Positions 51,610 to 61,549 are shown, numbered from the stretch's first letter. The stretch: DNA of 61,549 nt from Myxococcota bacterium (GCA_039030295.1 JBCCEK010000005.1:1-61549), one strand, 5' to 3'. Made by a program: numbers and translations. The notes: generated from the sequence alone by a model not told the origin.

Positions 51610-53076
51610 ATGACCTCCCAAGCGTTCCCATCCCTTCGCATCACCGCGGACGCCCTCATCCCGCAGGGCTCGTTTGCTGAGGCGCAAGCGGCGTACCTTC
51701 GGCCGCAGCCCGAGCTCGTCCTCGAGCTCACCAAGTTGCTTCGCGAGAAGAACGCCGGCGTGGTGGCTCACTTCTACATGGACCCCGAGCTCCAGGGAGT
51801 ACTCGCGGCCAGCGATTGGCCGCACATTCACGTATCCGACTCCCTCGCGATGGCGGATCGCGCCATCGCGATGGCCGAGCGTGGCGCCAGAACGATTGCG
51901 GTCCTGGGCGTCGACTTCATGAGCGAGAACGTCCGCGCGATGCTCGATGCATCGGGTTTCGAGCACGTGCCGGTGTATCGGGTCTCGACCGATCCCATCG
52001 GATGCTCGCTCGCGGAATCCGCCGAGGCACAGGCCTACGGTGCGTACCTCGCCGAGGCAGCCGAGACGCCACGTTCCTTACACGTCGTTTACATCAACAC
52101 GAGTCTCGTGACCAAGGCCAAGGCACACGCGCTCGTCCCGACGATCACTTGTACGTCGTCGAACGTCGTGCAGACCGTACTCCAAGCCGCTGCGCAGGTT
52201 CCCGATGGCCACATCTGGTTCGGGCCGGACACGTACATGGGCGAGAACTTGGCCGCCATGTTCGAGACCATGGGCCAGATGTCCGACCGACAGATCCGCG
52301 AAGTTCATCCCGCCCACGACCGTCAGACCATCCGCGCGCTTCGAGAGAGGTTCCACTACTTCGAGCAAGGGACGTGCATCGTCCACCACATGTTCGGTCA
52401 AGAGGTCGTCGACACCGTTCGCGAAGAGTATCCGGACGCGTTCGTCACGGCGCATCTCGAAGTGCCAGGCGAGATGTTCGCCCTCGGCCTTCGAGCGCAG
52501 AGAGAGGGCGAAGGCGTCGTCGGGTCGACTTCCAACATTCTCTCGTTCGTTCTCGGGAAGGTCGACGAGGCCATTGCCCGAGGCGACGAAGCCGACCTTC
52601 GATTCGTCCTCGGTACTGAAGCCGGCATGATCACGCCCATCGTTCGCCAGGTTCAGGACAAGCTCTGCGACTACGCATCTGAAGGGGGCCGCGACATCTC
52701 GGCCGAGATCATCTTTCCGGTCGCGAGCGAGGCGATCGCCGCCGCCCCCGAGAGCGACCTGCGCGTCGTCCCTGGGGTCGCCGCGGGCGAAGGATGCTCG
52801 ACCGCGGGTGGCTGCGCGACGTGCCCCTACATGAAGATGAACTCGCTGAGGGCGTTGATGGACCTCCTCGCGCGCATCGATGTCGACCCCGACTCGAAGC
52901 TCGTCCCGTTCGAGCCGAAGAAGTACGTCCAGCAGATCCGCGGGCGCACGGCAGCGGACCTCGGAGGCGAGCCAATCCTCCACATGCGCGGCTTCCAGCG
53001 CGCAGGGGAGCTCCCCGAAGCCCTCGTCCAAGACATCTTGACGCGAGGGACCAACGCCGCCGAAGTCGGGTCCTAG
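51610..53076 (+). CDS. nadA: Quinolinate synthase (plant/algal-like sequence type)
   Basis: VAHFYMD, SDSL, GVDFMSE, GCSLA, YINTS, TCTSSN, PDTYMG, CIVH, AHLE, GSTS, GTEAG, CPYMKMN. Confidence 0.9.
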   Translation: MTSQAFPSLRITADALIPQGSFAEAQAAYLRPQPELVLELTKLLREKNAGVVAHFYMDPELQGVLAASDWPHIHVSDSLAMADRAIAMAERGARTIAVLGVDFMSENVRAMLDASGFEHVPVYRVSTDPIGCSLAESAEAQAYGAYLAEAAETPRSLHVVYINTSLVTKAKAHALVPTITCTSSNVVQTVLQAAAQVPDGHIWFGPDTYMGENLAAMFETMGQMSDRQIREVHPAHDRQTIRALRERFHYFEQGTCIVHHMFGQEVVDTVREEYPDAFVTAHLEVPGEMFALGLRAQREGEGVVGSTSNILSFVLGKVDEAIARGDEADLRFVLGTEAGMITPIVRQVQDKLCDYASEGGRDISAEIIFPVASEAIAAAPESDLRVVPGVAAGEGCSTAGGCATCPYMKMNSLRALMDLLARIDVDPDSKLVPFEPKKYVQQIRGRTAADLGGEPILHMRGFQRAGELPEALVQDILTRGTNAAEVGS

Positions 53077-53102
53077 GCCCATTTTTTCCAGCCTAACTGG
53101 AC

Positions 53103-53131
53103 CTTGACCGGGGCAAACGCGTACTTATGTT
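53103..53131 (+). promoter_or_regulatory. Possible heat-shock (RpoH-like) or sigma70 promoter of dnaJ
   Basis: CTTG-N17-CTTATGT (also readable as TTGACC-N16-TATGTT), about 30 nt upstream of dnaJ. Confidence 0.35.
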
Positions 53132-53160
53132 GCCGCCGCGGTTCTTGACGACGGGGAGTG

Positions 53161-54249
53161 ATGGACAAGCCGGACTACTACGAGGTGCTCGAGGTCTCGC
53201 GCCAAGTGACGGTGACCGAGCTCAAGAAAGCCTACCGACAGAAGGCCCTCGAGTTCCACCCGGACCGCAACCCTGACAACCCCGAAGCCGAGGAACGGTT
53301 CAAGCTCTGTGCCGAGGCCTACGCCGTCTTGAGCGACCCCAACAAGCGCGAGACGTACGACAGGTTCGGTCATGCGGGTCTTGGCGGAGGTGGCGCGCCT
53401 GGCTTCGGTGACATCGGCGATGTCTTCAGTCAGTTCCAAGACATTTTCGCCGACATCTTCGGAGGTGGTTTCGGCTTCGGAGGGTTCGGTCGACGCCGGC
53501 GCGATCCAAACGGGCCGCAACGCGGCGCAGACGTTCGGACCGACATCGTCCTGACGCTCCGCGAGGCGGCCTTTGGCACCAAGAGCGAAGTCGACTTGTC
53601 GCACCCGTCTCCTTGCGAAGCCTGCCATGGGACAGGTGCCCTCGACGGCGAACTCGTCGCCTGCGAGACCTGCGGTGGCCGCGGGCAAGTTGCGCGTGCG
53701 CAAGGAGCGTTTGTCATGACGACGACGTGCCCCACATGCCGGGGTCGCGGAAGCCTGCCCAAGGCCATGTGCGACGAATGCGATGGAACCGGGCAGCAAG
53801 ACCTGGAACGCGTCGTGAAGGTCAACGTTCCGGCGGGGGTCGATTCCGGGCAGACGCTTCGGTTGACAGGGCAAGGCCAAGCAGGGTCTCGAGGAGGGCC
53901 CGCCGGCGATCTTTACGTCACGGTTCGGATCGCCCCGGACGAGGACTTCCAACGCGAAGGCTTCGACCTGATTCAGCGCGTCGAGGTCACCTATCCTCAG
54001 GCGGCGATGGGCGCCAAGGTCGAGGTGCCTGTGCTCGACGAAGACGAGTCGGCGTCACAGACGCTCAAGATCCCGTCGGGCACCCAACCTGGGGACACCC
54101 TGATCATGCGAGGGGAGGGCGTTCCTCGGCTCAACGGGCGTGGCCGCGGGGACATGGCGTGCGTCGTCGAAGTCGTGGTTCCGAAGAAGCTCTCCCGCGA
54201 ACAGAAGCGCCTTTTGAAGGACCTCGACAAGACTTTCGGCAGCTCCTGA
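53161..54249 (+). CDS. dnaJ: Chaperone DnaJ (class A)
   Basis: J-domain DYYEVL...HPD, G/F-rich region, four CxxCxGxG repeats, C-terminal domain. Confidence 0.96.
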   Translation: MDKPDYYEVLEVSRQVTVTELKKAYRQKALEFHPDRNPDNPEAEERFKLCAEAYAVLSDPNKRETYDRFGHAGLGGGGAPGFGDIGDVFSQFQDIFADIFGGGFGFGGFGRRRRDPNGPQRGADVRTDIVLTLREAAFGTKSEVDLSHPSPCEACHGTGALDGELVACETCGGRGQVARAQGAFVMTTTCPTCRGRGSLPKAMCDECDGTGQQDLERVVKVNVPAGVDSGQTLRLTGQGQAGSRGGPAGDLYVTVRIAPDEDFQREGFDLIQRVEVTYPQAAMGAKVEVPVLDEDESASQTLKIPSGTQPGDTLIMRGEGVPRLNGRGRGDMACVVEVVVPKKLSREQKRLLKDLDKTFGSS

Positions 54250-54294
54250 CGAACACGGTAGATCTTCCCTGCCGAGTGTGTAGCCTTGGAGTCT

Positions 54295-56058
54295 ATGCTC
54301 AAGCCGCTTACCGGACTCGATTCGTCGTTCCTGTTCCTCGAGACTCCTCGGCAACCGATGCACGTTGGCAGCGTGTTGGTCTTCGAGGGCACGATTCGGT
54401 TCAGTGATTTTCGAGACATGATGAACGCGCGCCTGCACATGGTGCCTCGGATGCGTGAGAGGCTCGTCATGGTGCCGCTCGGGATCGGGAAGCCGTACTG
54501 GGCTGAAGACCCAGACTTCAACATCGACATGCACCTGCAGCACGTCGCGCTGCCGAGCCCAGGTGACTGGAAAGAGCTTCGGGGCCTTGCGAGTCGACTC
54601 TTTAGCGTTCCGCTCGACCGCACGCGGCCACTTTGGGAGATGACCTTCATCGAGGGGCTCGAGAACATTCCTCAGGCTCCTCCCGGATCGGTAGCGCTGG
54701 TGAGCAAGATGCATCACGCGGCGATAGACGGCGTCTCCGGTGCCGACATGCTCGGCATCCTGCTCGACATGACCCGCGAGCCTCGGGAGTTCCCGCAAGA
54801 GAAGCCACGCCGGGTGCCACCGATTCCAAACGAGCTCGAGGTGTTGCGGTACACAGGCCAGAAGATCGCAGGCAAGCCTCGGGAGATCATCCGTGTTGCC
54901 AAGGAGGCCATGGGTGCCGCCAAGGCGACATCCGAGACCCAGAAGCAGGCCGGCTCGGAGGCACCGCCGAATCCGATGAGTGCGCCAGTCACTCCATTCA
55001 ATCACCTGATCTCTGGCCAGCGCATCTGGAACACGGCGCTCCTCGACCTCGATCGGGTCAAAGCGATCAAGGAGGCGCGCGGTTGCACGCTCAACGATGT
55101 CGTCTTGGCGGTCTGTGCGGGGGCGTTACGCCGATACCTGATCGATCGAGGAGCGTTACCACCGAAGCGCCTGGTCGCGATGTGCCCTGTTTCCACGCGA
55201 GGCAAAGACCAGCATGGCGAGATGGGCAACATGGTATCGGCGATGCTCGTGGAACTCGCCACCGACGTCGAAGACCCCCTCGAGCGACTCGATGCCCTGA
55301 AGTCGAGGTCGAAGAAGGGCAAGGCGGTCGAAAAGGCTGGTGCCGCTCGTGCCGCATCCGACCTGGCGGAGTTCATTCCGTTCGGACTCGCCAATCGGAT
55401 GACCCGGCTCTACTCGCGTTTTCATGTGTCGGAGCTCCACAATCCGTTCTTCAATCTCGTGATCACCAACGTTCCGGGCCCTCAGGTGAACCTGTACATG
55501 GCCGGCCACAAGCTCCTGGCGACCATGGGGATGGCCCCGGTGATGGATGGGATGGGCCTCCTCATCACGGTCCTCAGCTACAACGGGGTGCTCTCGATCA
55601 GTCCGACGTCGTCCCCAGCGGTGATGCCCGACCTCGACAAATTCACGCGGTACCTCCGGGAGGAGGCCAACGCCTTGGAAGCGGCCGCCGTCCCGAAGCA
55701 GGCGCTCGAGGAGACGAACGGCCACGTCGAACGAGAGGTGGCGTCGTTCGTCGAGCACATTCGCTCGACATTGCGCGACACGCCGGATGACCGGCTCGGT
55801 TCGGGTCGCTTCCAACTTCGCGTGACGGGTTCGGGCGATCAGAGCTGGATGGTCGACTTCGACGGGAGAAGCGTCACCGAGGACACTGACGCCGAAAGCG
55901 ACGCCACGCTCACGATTCGCGGAGATCACCTAAGCCAGATCCTGCAAGGAGAGCTCGACCCGCAGATCGCCTACGTGCAAGGCAAGCTTCGTGTTGACGG
56001 CGACGTCAACAAAGCCCTCGAGTTCGGAGTACTCCTGCCGGCAGAAGCAGGGGCGTAG
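54295..56058 (+). CDS. Wax ester synthase/diacylglycerol acyltransferase with C-terminal SCP2-like domain
   Basis: PMHVG, LDRTRPLWE, catalytic HHAAIDG, TLNDVV, NLVITNVPGP; C-terminal ~100 aa DATLTI...GELDPQIAYVQGKLRVDGD is SCP2-like. Confidence 0.92.
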   Translation: MLKPLTGLDSSFLFLETPRQPMHVGSVLVFEGTIRFSDFRDMMNARLHMVPRMRERLVMVPLGIGKPYWAEDPDFNIDMHLQHVALPSPGDWKELRGLASRLFSVPLDRTRPLWEMTFIEGLENIPQAPPGSVALVSKMHHAAIDGVSGADMLGILLDMTREPREFPQEKPRRVPPIPNELEVLRYTGQKIAGKPREIIRVAKEAMGAAKATSETQKQAGSEAPPNPMSAPVTPFNHLISGQRIWNTALLDLDRVKAIKEARGCTLNDVVLAVCAGALRRYLIDRGALPPKRLVAMCPVSTRGKDQHGEMGNMVSAMLVELATDVEDPLERLDALKSRSKKGKAVEKAGAARAASDLAEFIPFGLANRMTRLYSRFHVSELHNPFFNLVITNVPGPQVNLYMAGHKLLATMGMAPVMDGMGLLITVLSYNGVLSISPTSSPAVMPDLDKFTRYLREEANALEAAAVPKQALEETNGHVEREVASFVEHIRSTLRDTPDDRLGSGRFQLRVTGSGDQSWMVDFDGRSVTEDTDAESDATLTIRGDHLSQILQGELDPQIAYVQGKLRVDGDVNKALEFGVLLPAEAGA

Positions 56059-56067
56059 GAGCGAGAC

Positions 56068-56099
56068 TAGACCGCTCACTCTCAGGTGAGAGCGGTCTA
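56068..56099. terminator. Hairpin between convergent genes (probable bidirectional terminator)
   Basis: TAGACCGCTC (56068-77) / GAGCGGTCTA (56090-99); no strong U-tract. Confidence 0.55.
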
Positions 56100-56120
56100 T
56101 ACGAGCAAGTGCCGCCAGCG

Positions 56121-58280
56121 CTAGCGGGGTGCGGCGCTAAAACGCTGCGCCGTCGATTGTGGCAGTGCGCTCCTTAGCGGAGGAAGCTGCTCGTCGGCCA
56201 ACCATTGATAGACCCCGTACGTCTGGAGCACACGACGCGTGTATCGCCGAGTCTCGTCGTAGGGGATCTCTTCGACGAACACGTCGAGGGGTCGCGACGA
56301 GTCTTCCTCGAGCCATCGCCGCACGGCGCCTTCGCCTGCATTATAGGCCGATGGTACGAGGGCCGGGTTGGGCTCGAGTCGGTCCCAAAGCCAAGCCATG
56401 TACGCCGTCCCGATCTTGAGGTTGACTTCCGGTCGCCGCAGCGTTCGCGGCGTGGCCTTCTCGCCGACCTCTGGTGCGAATCTCCGTGCTGTGGGCATGA
56501 TCAACTGCACGAGACCGTAGGCCTTGGCCCACGAGACCGCCTCGGGATCGAATGAGCTCTCTTCCCTCGCGATTGCTCGGACAAATGCGGGTGGGACCCC
56601 TTGGGCTTCGGCGACGTCCTCGATCAACGGCGAGAAGGCCATCGGGTAGGTGGCCTCCCAGATCAGTCGACCCTCACCCTTCGGCAGCAAGCCCTCGAAG
56701 TCCTCGAAGTGATCGCGAATCACGCGGCTCAGCTTGGCGTCCGCGCCAGCGTGCTGGAGAAGGACAGCGCCGACGACGGCCATCTCAGGGTCGACTCCGC
56801 GGCCGACCATGTGGAGCGCTTTCATCTCCTCGGTCGCGTACGTCGTGTCGCCCACGACCAGGAGTTCTGTCATGCGCTCGAACCCAGGGTCGTCAAACTC
56901 GTCTCGCCACACGAACACCATGCGTGACGGCTCGCTGCCCGCTCGCATCTCCTCGAGGATGCCGTTGGCCGTGTCGGGGACGATCTCGCCCAGTCGGCGC
57001 ATGGCTTGCTGCGCGTAGTAGCGAAGCGGCCAGCGTTCCGCGATTTCGGCGTAGCCTTCGACCGCGTCGAGTCGCCGCCCCATCTGGAACAAGGCCCGGG
57101 CGCGCCAATACTCGGCCCGGCCAGTGATTCCTTCTTCGTCCTCGTCCCCGCCCTTAGCCACGAGCGCGTCGAAGTGCTCGAATGCCGCCTGAGACCGTCC
57201 CGCGCGCAGGTCAAGCCAGCCGAGGCGGAACATCGCACGAGGCCACATGTCACCCTCCGGATAGCGAGCCGCGATCGTCGCGAGGCGAGACCGTGCAGCG
57301 TCCTCGCGTCCGTTCTCGAGCTCCGCAAGGGCCGCCCGATAGCTGGCGTCGTCGGCGAGCCGGTGACCGGGCGCTTCCTTCTCGAGCTGCTCGAACTGTC
57401 GGATCGCCTCGTCCCATTGGCCGATCCGACCGTAGGCACGAGCCGCGTAGTACCGGGCCCACGCCCGCGTATCCGAGTCGAGTTTGGGGCAGCGATCGGC
57501 GACCTCGCGCATGATCGGGGCCCCGCGGGTGCGCTCTCGGTCTTGGAGGAGCGCTCGCGCCTGCTTGTACCGCGCGTCACACCACACGCGGGATCCGGGC
57601 TTCGCGCTTCGGGCAACGCGCCCGAAAAGGCGTTCGGCTTCGCGGTATCGTTTGGTGCGATAGAAAGACTCGGCCTTGGCCTGAGTCTGCTTGGCACGTC
57701 CTTTCGCCGTCGCACCACGCACGGGCGACGACGTTTCGACCTCGGCCGGCGCATCCGTGCTTCGGCTGAGGCGTTCGACGATCGCGGCCGCGCGCTCACG
57801 GCCGCCCCACTCGTCGGTGAGTTCGGCCGCGATGGCGTTTGCGGCCTCCGGATCCCGTCGCTCGAGGAGCACCGCGCGTCGGAGCTTGGCCCATTGCGAC
57901 AGCGGATGGTTGAAGCCACTCAGCGTATCAAAGTGCGCCAACGCCAGCTGCGGGTAGCCATCCTTCGCGGCGGCTTGGCCCGCGAGCCAATGGAGCCGGC
58001 CCTTGTCTAGGGCATCCGCTTGGCCGACCGCCGCCTCGGCGATCTCTCGGGCCTTGGTCGGGTTCCCCTTCTCGAGCGCGCGCCTGGCTTGCATCACCGG
58101 GGAGCGATCCGAGATCTCGACGATGGTCGGGTCGAGAACCTTGGGCGGCGGTGCGGGCGCGTGAGCCACGACCGGCTCGGGGGCCTTCTGAGGCGGCCAC
58201 ATCTCTGGGCGCGCGTGCTGCTGCTGGTGGCAGCCCATCAGCAACCCGAAGCAACACGCCAAGGGCCAAACCCGCTTCAT
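56121..58280 (-). CDS. Slt70-like lytic transglycosylase lipoprotein with TPR superhelix
   Basis: Lipobox LMG-C from ATG 58280; TPR repeats; SLT motifs AIAREESSF, GLVQL, AYNAG, ETRRY. Confidence 0.92.
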   Translation of the reverse strand: MKRVWPLACCFGLLMGCHQQQHARPEMWPPQKAPEPVVAHAPAPPPKVLDPTIVEISDRSPVMQARRALEKGNPTKAREIAEAAVGQADALDKGRLHWLAGQAAAKDGYPQLALAHFDTLSGFNHPLSQWAKLRRAVLLERRDPEAANAIAAELTDEWGGRERAAAIVERLSRSTDAPAEVETSSPVRGATAKGRAKQTQAKAESFYRTKRYREAERLFGRVARSAKPGSRVWCDARYKQARALLQDRERTRGAPIMREVADRCPKLDSDTRAWARYYAARAYGRIGQWDEAIRQFEQLEKEAPGHRLADDASYRAALAELENGREDAARSRLATIAARYPEGDMWPRAMFRLGWLDLRAGRSQAAFEHFDALVAKGGDEDEEGITGRAEYWRARALFQMGRRLDAVEGYAEIAERWPLRYYAQQAMRRLGEIVPDTANGILEEMRAGSEPSRMVFVWRDEFDDPGFERMTELLVVGDTTYATEEMKALHMVGRGVDPEMAVVGAVLLQHAGADAKLSRVIRDHFEDFEGLLPKGEGRLIWEATYPMAFSPLIEDVAEAQGVPPAFVRAIAREESSFDPEAVSWAKAYGLVQLIMPTARRFAPEVGEKATPRTLRRPEVNLKIGTAYMAWLWDRLEPNPALVPSAYNAGEGAVRRWLEEDSSRPLDVFVEEIPYDETRRYTRRVLQTYGVYQWLADEQLPPLRSALPQSTAQRFSAAPR

Positions 58281-58399
58281 CTGTGGCACCCTAGTGAGTC
58301 CCCCTTCCAAAGTCGACCTTTCGGGGTCAGTTCCCCCCGCTTGGCCGGCGAGGACCGATTCCCTTTCTTCTCTAGAAACGCGTGATAAGGCTCGGAAGC

Positions 58400-59989
58400 G
58401 TGAGCTACAGCCTTCAGATTGGCCTTCGCTACCTCCGCTCCAAGAAGCGGGCCACGGTCTCGATGATCACGTTGATCTCGATCATCGGGGTGGCGCTCGG
58501 GGTCGCCGCGCTCCTGGCCGTGCTGTCGATCACCACCGGGTTCGAGCAGTCTTTCAAGGACAAAGTACTCGGCGTCAACGCCCACGTCTTAGTTCTCAAG
58601 TACGGGCGCGAGTTCAAGGACTACCCAGAGGTTCTGAGCACGGTTGGGGAGATGCCCGAGGTCGAAGGGATCGCCCCCTTTTCGATCCACGAGATGATGC
58701 TCACCAAGGGTGAGCGACGAGCGGTCGTTCTGGCCAAAGGGGTCACTCCAGAAGGCGTCCATTCGGTCCTCGACTTGCCGCAACAGATCATCGCCGGCGG
58801 CCTCGAGAGCCTGCGACGTACGGGTGCGGCTCCAAGCCCCGATCGCGGCGTCATCCCCGAAGACGACTGGACCTGGCTTCGAGACCTCGCCAAGGACACT
58901 GAGGGCGAAGCGCCCGCGGACGCGCCCGGCAGCCAAGGTACGAGCTCGGTCGATGAGGAGTCTCCCGAAGACGACGGGTTTGGCGCTCCTCGGCGGCCGA
59001 CCATCTGGGATCAGGATCGCACGCGTGAAGAAGAGAGGGAGCGGGCCGCCGGGCCCGAGGTCGCTGCCCCCTCAGACATCGAGGCAGTTCTCGACGCGTT
59101 CGACGACGACGCGCTTGGCTTGCCCGACGACCCCACTTGGGAGGCGAGCCTATCGACGGGAGCCGCGCGCGAACCACTCGAGGCGCTTCCAGGGATCGTC
59201 GTCGGCAAGACCCTTGCGGAGGACCTCGACGTCACCGTTGGGGATCGCGTCAGGATGATCTCCCCTTTGGCCGCGCTTGGCCTGTCGCTCGGGACCGCGG
59301 GCAACGGCGCCACCCGGTCGCGCGAATTTCGGGTGATCGGCATCTTCCAAGCCGGGTTTCAAGAGTACGACTCGGGGCTCGTCTATACGGATCTCTACGA
59401 GGCGCAGCGCCTCTTCAACGAGGGGGACAATGTCACCGGGGTCGAGCTCCGCGTCGCGGACCTGGATACGTCCGCCGCGCTCGCCCGGCGCATTGAGCAG
59501 GAGCTTGGCGGTGCGTTTCACACCCTCGATTGGTCGGAGCTCAACCGCAACCTCTTCACCGCGCTTGAAGTCCAGAAGATCGCCCTGACGTTGGTCATTG
59601 CGACGATCATCTTCGTTGCCGCGTTCAACGTGATCGCCACCCTGATCATGATCGTACTCGAGAAGAAGCGGGAGATTGCCATCCTCAAGGCGATGGGCGC
59701 GACCGACGCGACCATCCTGACCGTTTTCATGGTGCAAGGGGTCGTCGTGGGGGTCGTGGGGACGCTGATCGGCGTCCTCGTTGGGGGAGGCATCATCGCG
59801 TACCTCGACCGGGTTCAATTCCCGCTCGATCCCAAGGTGTATCTGATCGATCACCTTCCGGTCGTCATCAGCCCAGGGGTGTTCTTGGTCACGATCGCCA
59901 TCGCGTTGTTGATCTGCACGGTGTCGACCATCGCCCCCTCGTGGTGGGCGGCGAGAATGCTGCCGGTCGAGGGCCTCCGCTACGAGTAG
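58400..59989 (+). CDS. LolC/E-family ABC permease
   Basis: RYLRSK...GVALGVAALLAVLSITTGF, W.E.NRNLF.AL..K, EKKREIAILKAMGA, EGLRYE; long acidic insertion in the periplasmic domain. Confidence 0.9.
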   Translation: MSYSLQIGLRYLRSKKRATVSMITLISIIGVALGVAALLAVLSITTGFEQSFKDKVLGVNAHVLVLKYGREFKDYPEVLSTVGEMPEVEGIAPFSIHEMMLTKGERRAVVLAKGVTPEGVHSVLDLPQQIIAGGLESLRRTGAAPSPDRGVIPEDDWTWLRDLAKDTEGEAPADAPGSQGTSSVDEESPEDDGFGAPRRPTIWDQDRTREEERERAAGPEVAAPSDIEAVLDAFDDDALGLPDDPTWEASLSTGAAREPLEALPGIVVGKTLAEDLDVTVGDRVRMISPLAALGLSLGTAGNGATRSREFRVIGIFQAGFQEYDSGLVYTDLYEAQRLFNEGDNVTGVELRVADLDTSAALARRIEQELGGAFHTLDWSELNRNLFTALEVQKIALTLVIATIIFVAAFNVIATLIMIVLEKKREIAILKAMGATDATILTVFMVQGVVVGVVGTLIGVLVGGGIIAYLDRVQFPLDPKVYLIDHLPVVISPGVFLVTIAIALLICTVSTIAPSWWAARMLPVEGLRYE

Positions 59990-60028
59990 CCCGGTGTCGG
60001 GGCGCGCCGTGCTAGGGTCCCCGGCGAG

Positions 60029-60994
60029 ATGAGACGTTTCGCCACAAGTCTTCAGGTTGGTGCTTGGCTCATCCTGAGCGCGGTCGCAGGGTCCTGCGGG
60101 GACGGCGGCGACAAGGCACCTTCGTCATCTTCCGCCAGCATCGGATGCCTCGAGGGCACGCTCGACGGGACCATCGAGCACGTCGATTTCGAGTACGACG
60201 GGAGGATGCGCAGCTACGAACTCCACGTCCCGACGGCCTACGATGGCTCCGCTCCCCTCCCACTGGTTCTCAACTTTCACGGGTTCACGTCGAGTGGATC
60301 CGGGCAGCGCGCAGCGAGCGGCATGGATGAGACCGCTGACGCCAACGGTTTCGTCGTCGCCTACCCGAACGGCCTTTCGAACTCGTGGAACGGCGGCGAC
60401 TGCTGCGGGTTGGCCGCGGCGGAAGGGTTCGACGATGTCGGGTTCACCCGAGCCCTCATCGACGACCTCGGCGCTCGAGGCTGCATCGACCTTCGCCGCG
60501 TTTACGCCACCGGCCTGTCCAACGGCGGCTTCATGTCGCATCGGTTGGCCTGCGAGGCCGCCGATGTGATCGCCGCCATCGCGCCGGTCGCGGGGGTCCT
60601 TGGGCTCGAGTCGTGCGATCCCGTGCGGCCCGTTCCGGTCATCCACTTCCACGGTACCGCCGACAACATCATCTTCTACGAAGGGGGTGGGCTGGTCGAC
60701 TCGATCAGTGTGATCGACTCGACCGACCGCTGGCTGGCTCGCAATGGCTGCACCGACGAGCCGGTCGTGACGTTCGACGAAGGGATGGTCACCTGTGAAA
60801 CCGCGTCAGATTGCGACGAGGCGGTTTCGGTGACTCTTTGCACGATCGACGGTGGCGGACACTGCTGGCCGGGGCCCCCGTGCCCCGATGCGGGCACGGC
60901 GGACCTCCCAGTAGACCTCGGGATCGGCACGACCGACATTCAAGCGAACGACGCGATGTGGGAACTCTTCTCGTCGGTCACGCTGCCAGAGTGA
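60029..60994 (+). CDS. LpqC/PHB-depolymerase-family alpha/beta esterase lipoprotein
   Basis: Lipobox AGS-C; PLVLNFHG, nucleophile GLSNGG, HGTAD, GGHCWPG. Confidence 0.9.
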   Translation: MRRFATSLQVGAWLILSAVAGSCGDGGDKAPSSSSASIGCLEGTLDGTIEHVDFEYDGRMRSYELHVPTAYDGSAPLPLVLNFHGFTSSGSGQRAASGMDETADANGFVVAYPNGLSNSWNGGDCCGLAAAEGFDDVGFTRALIDDLGARGCIDLRRVYATGLSNGGFMSHRLACEAADVIAAIAPVAGVLGLESCDPVRPVPVIHFHGTADNIIFYEGGGLVDSISVIDSTDRWLARNGCTDEPVVTFDEGMVTCETASDCDEAVSVTLCTIDGGGHCWPGPPCPDAGTADLPVDLGIGTTDIQANDAMWELFSSVTLPE

Positions 60995-60998
60995 TCCG

Positions 60999-61484
60999 TC
61001 AGCCTTGATCGCGGAAGCTGTCCTGGTGCCCAGCGCCTGTCGTCTCGTACGTCTGCACCATGTTGTTGTAGACGAAGCTGATCGTCTCGGTTGGTGGTTC
61101 GTTCGAACCCATCATCGAGTCGGGAGAGACGAAATCGATTCCAGCAATTCGTCCTTCGCTGATCTCGACCGTGTAGAAGTGTTCGGTCAGCGCGCCGGCC
61201 CCTGTGTCGGGTCGGTAGAACTTGAAGGTCGCGTTGATCGCTTCGTTGTTGCAAAGCGCCCGCCAGAGCAACGGAGTCGACTTGTCGACTCGCTTGGTGA
61301 TTCGAATCGGCTCGTAGTTGCGGACACCCGACGGCGATCCGGAGAACGCTTCCGATCCGGCGGTGATGCCGTACTCGAAGCTGAAGCACTCGATGGTATT
61401 CTCGCGCTCCATGGTGTTGACGGACGACTCGCCCTCGACGGCCTCGCCGTTCGCTTCGAGCCAGAGATGGACTGATTGTGACAT
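60999..61484 (-). CDS. hcp: Type VI secretion tube protein Hcp (TssD)
   Basis: VEGES....RENTIE, ITKRVDKSTPLL, FKFYR, FYTVEI, ETISFVY; AAGGA RBS upstream. Confidence 0.92.
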   Translation of the reverse strand: MSQSVHLWLEANGEAVEGESSVNTMERENTIECFSFEYGITAGSEAFSGSPSGVRNYEPIRITKRVDKSTPLLWRALCNNEAINATFKFYRPDTGAGALTEHFYTVEISEGRIAGIDFVSPDSMMGSNEPPTETISFVYNNMVQTYETTGAGHQDSFRDQG

Positions 61485-61549
61485 GGAAACATCCTTCGTT
61501 GGGTTTGCGATTCCGAGCTCGATCGCGTGGTGCGTCCGCGCTCGTGACG

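Overview
High-GC (~65%), gene-dense chromosomal segment, most likely from a Myxococcota (Polyangia-like) bacterium; this is inferred from Cys-rich and Gly/Thr-linker lipoproteins, an AgmX/PglI-type protein and an FHA-TadA fusion. Most genes are housekeeping or metabolic: gyrB, two IMPase-family genes, a two-subunit acyl-CoA carboxylase, pdhABC, a GlcD-like oxidase, pssA, a moaD-moaE fusion, fbp, otsAB, hemW-ccmAB, nadA, dnaJ, WS/DGAT, slt, a lolE-like permease and hcp. There are also several c-di-GMP and two-component signalling genes. No rRNA, tRNA, CRISPR array or transposase was seen. Best candidates for new biology: (1) a complete B12-photoreceptor module, with a CarH-type repressor divergent from a single DUF4397-like lipoprotein and phased 11-bp TnnACA operator repeats in front of both genes, but no carotenoid genes nearby; (2) a ~216-bp long-palindromic element inserted flush against the gyrB stop codon and supplying the C-terminus and stop of a convergent hybrid kinase; (3) a translationally coupled pair of giant (~1,450-1,550 aa) metzincin lipoproteins with Ca-binding-like inserts; (4) an orphan FHA-TadA/CpaF protein with dead Walker motifs; (5) a small membrane-protein ORF missing from the ORF track. 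All functional calls come from motif recognition by eye; no searches were run.
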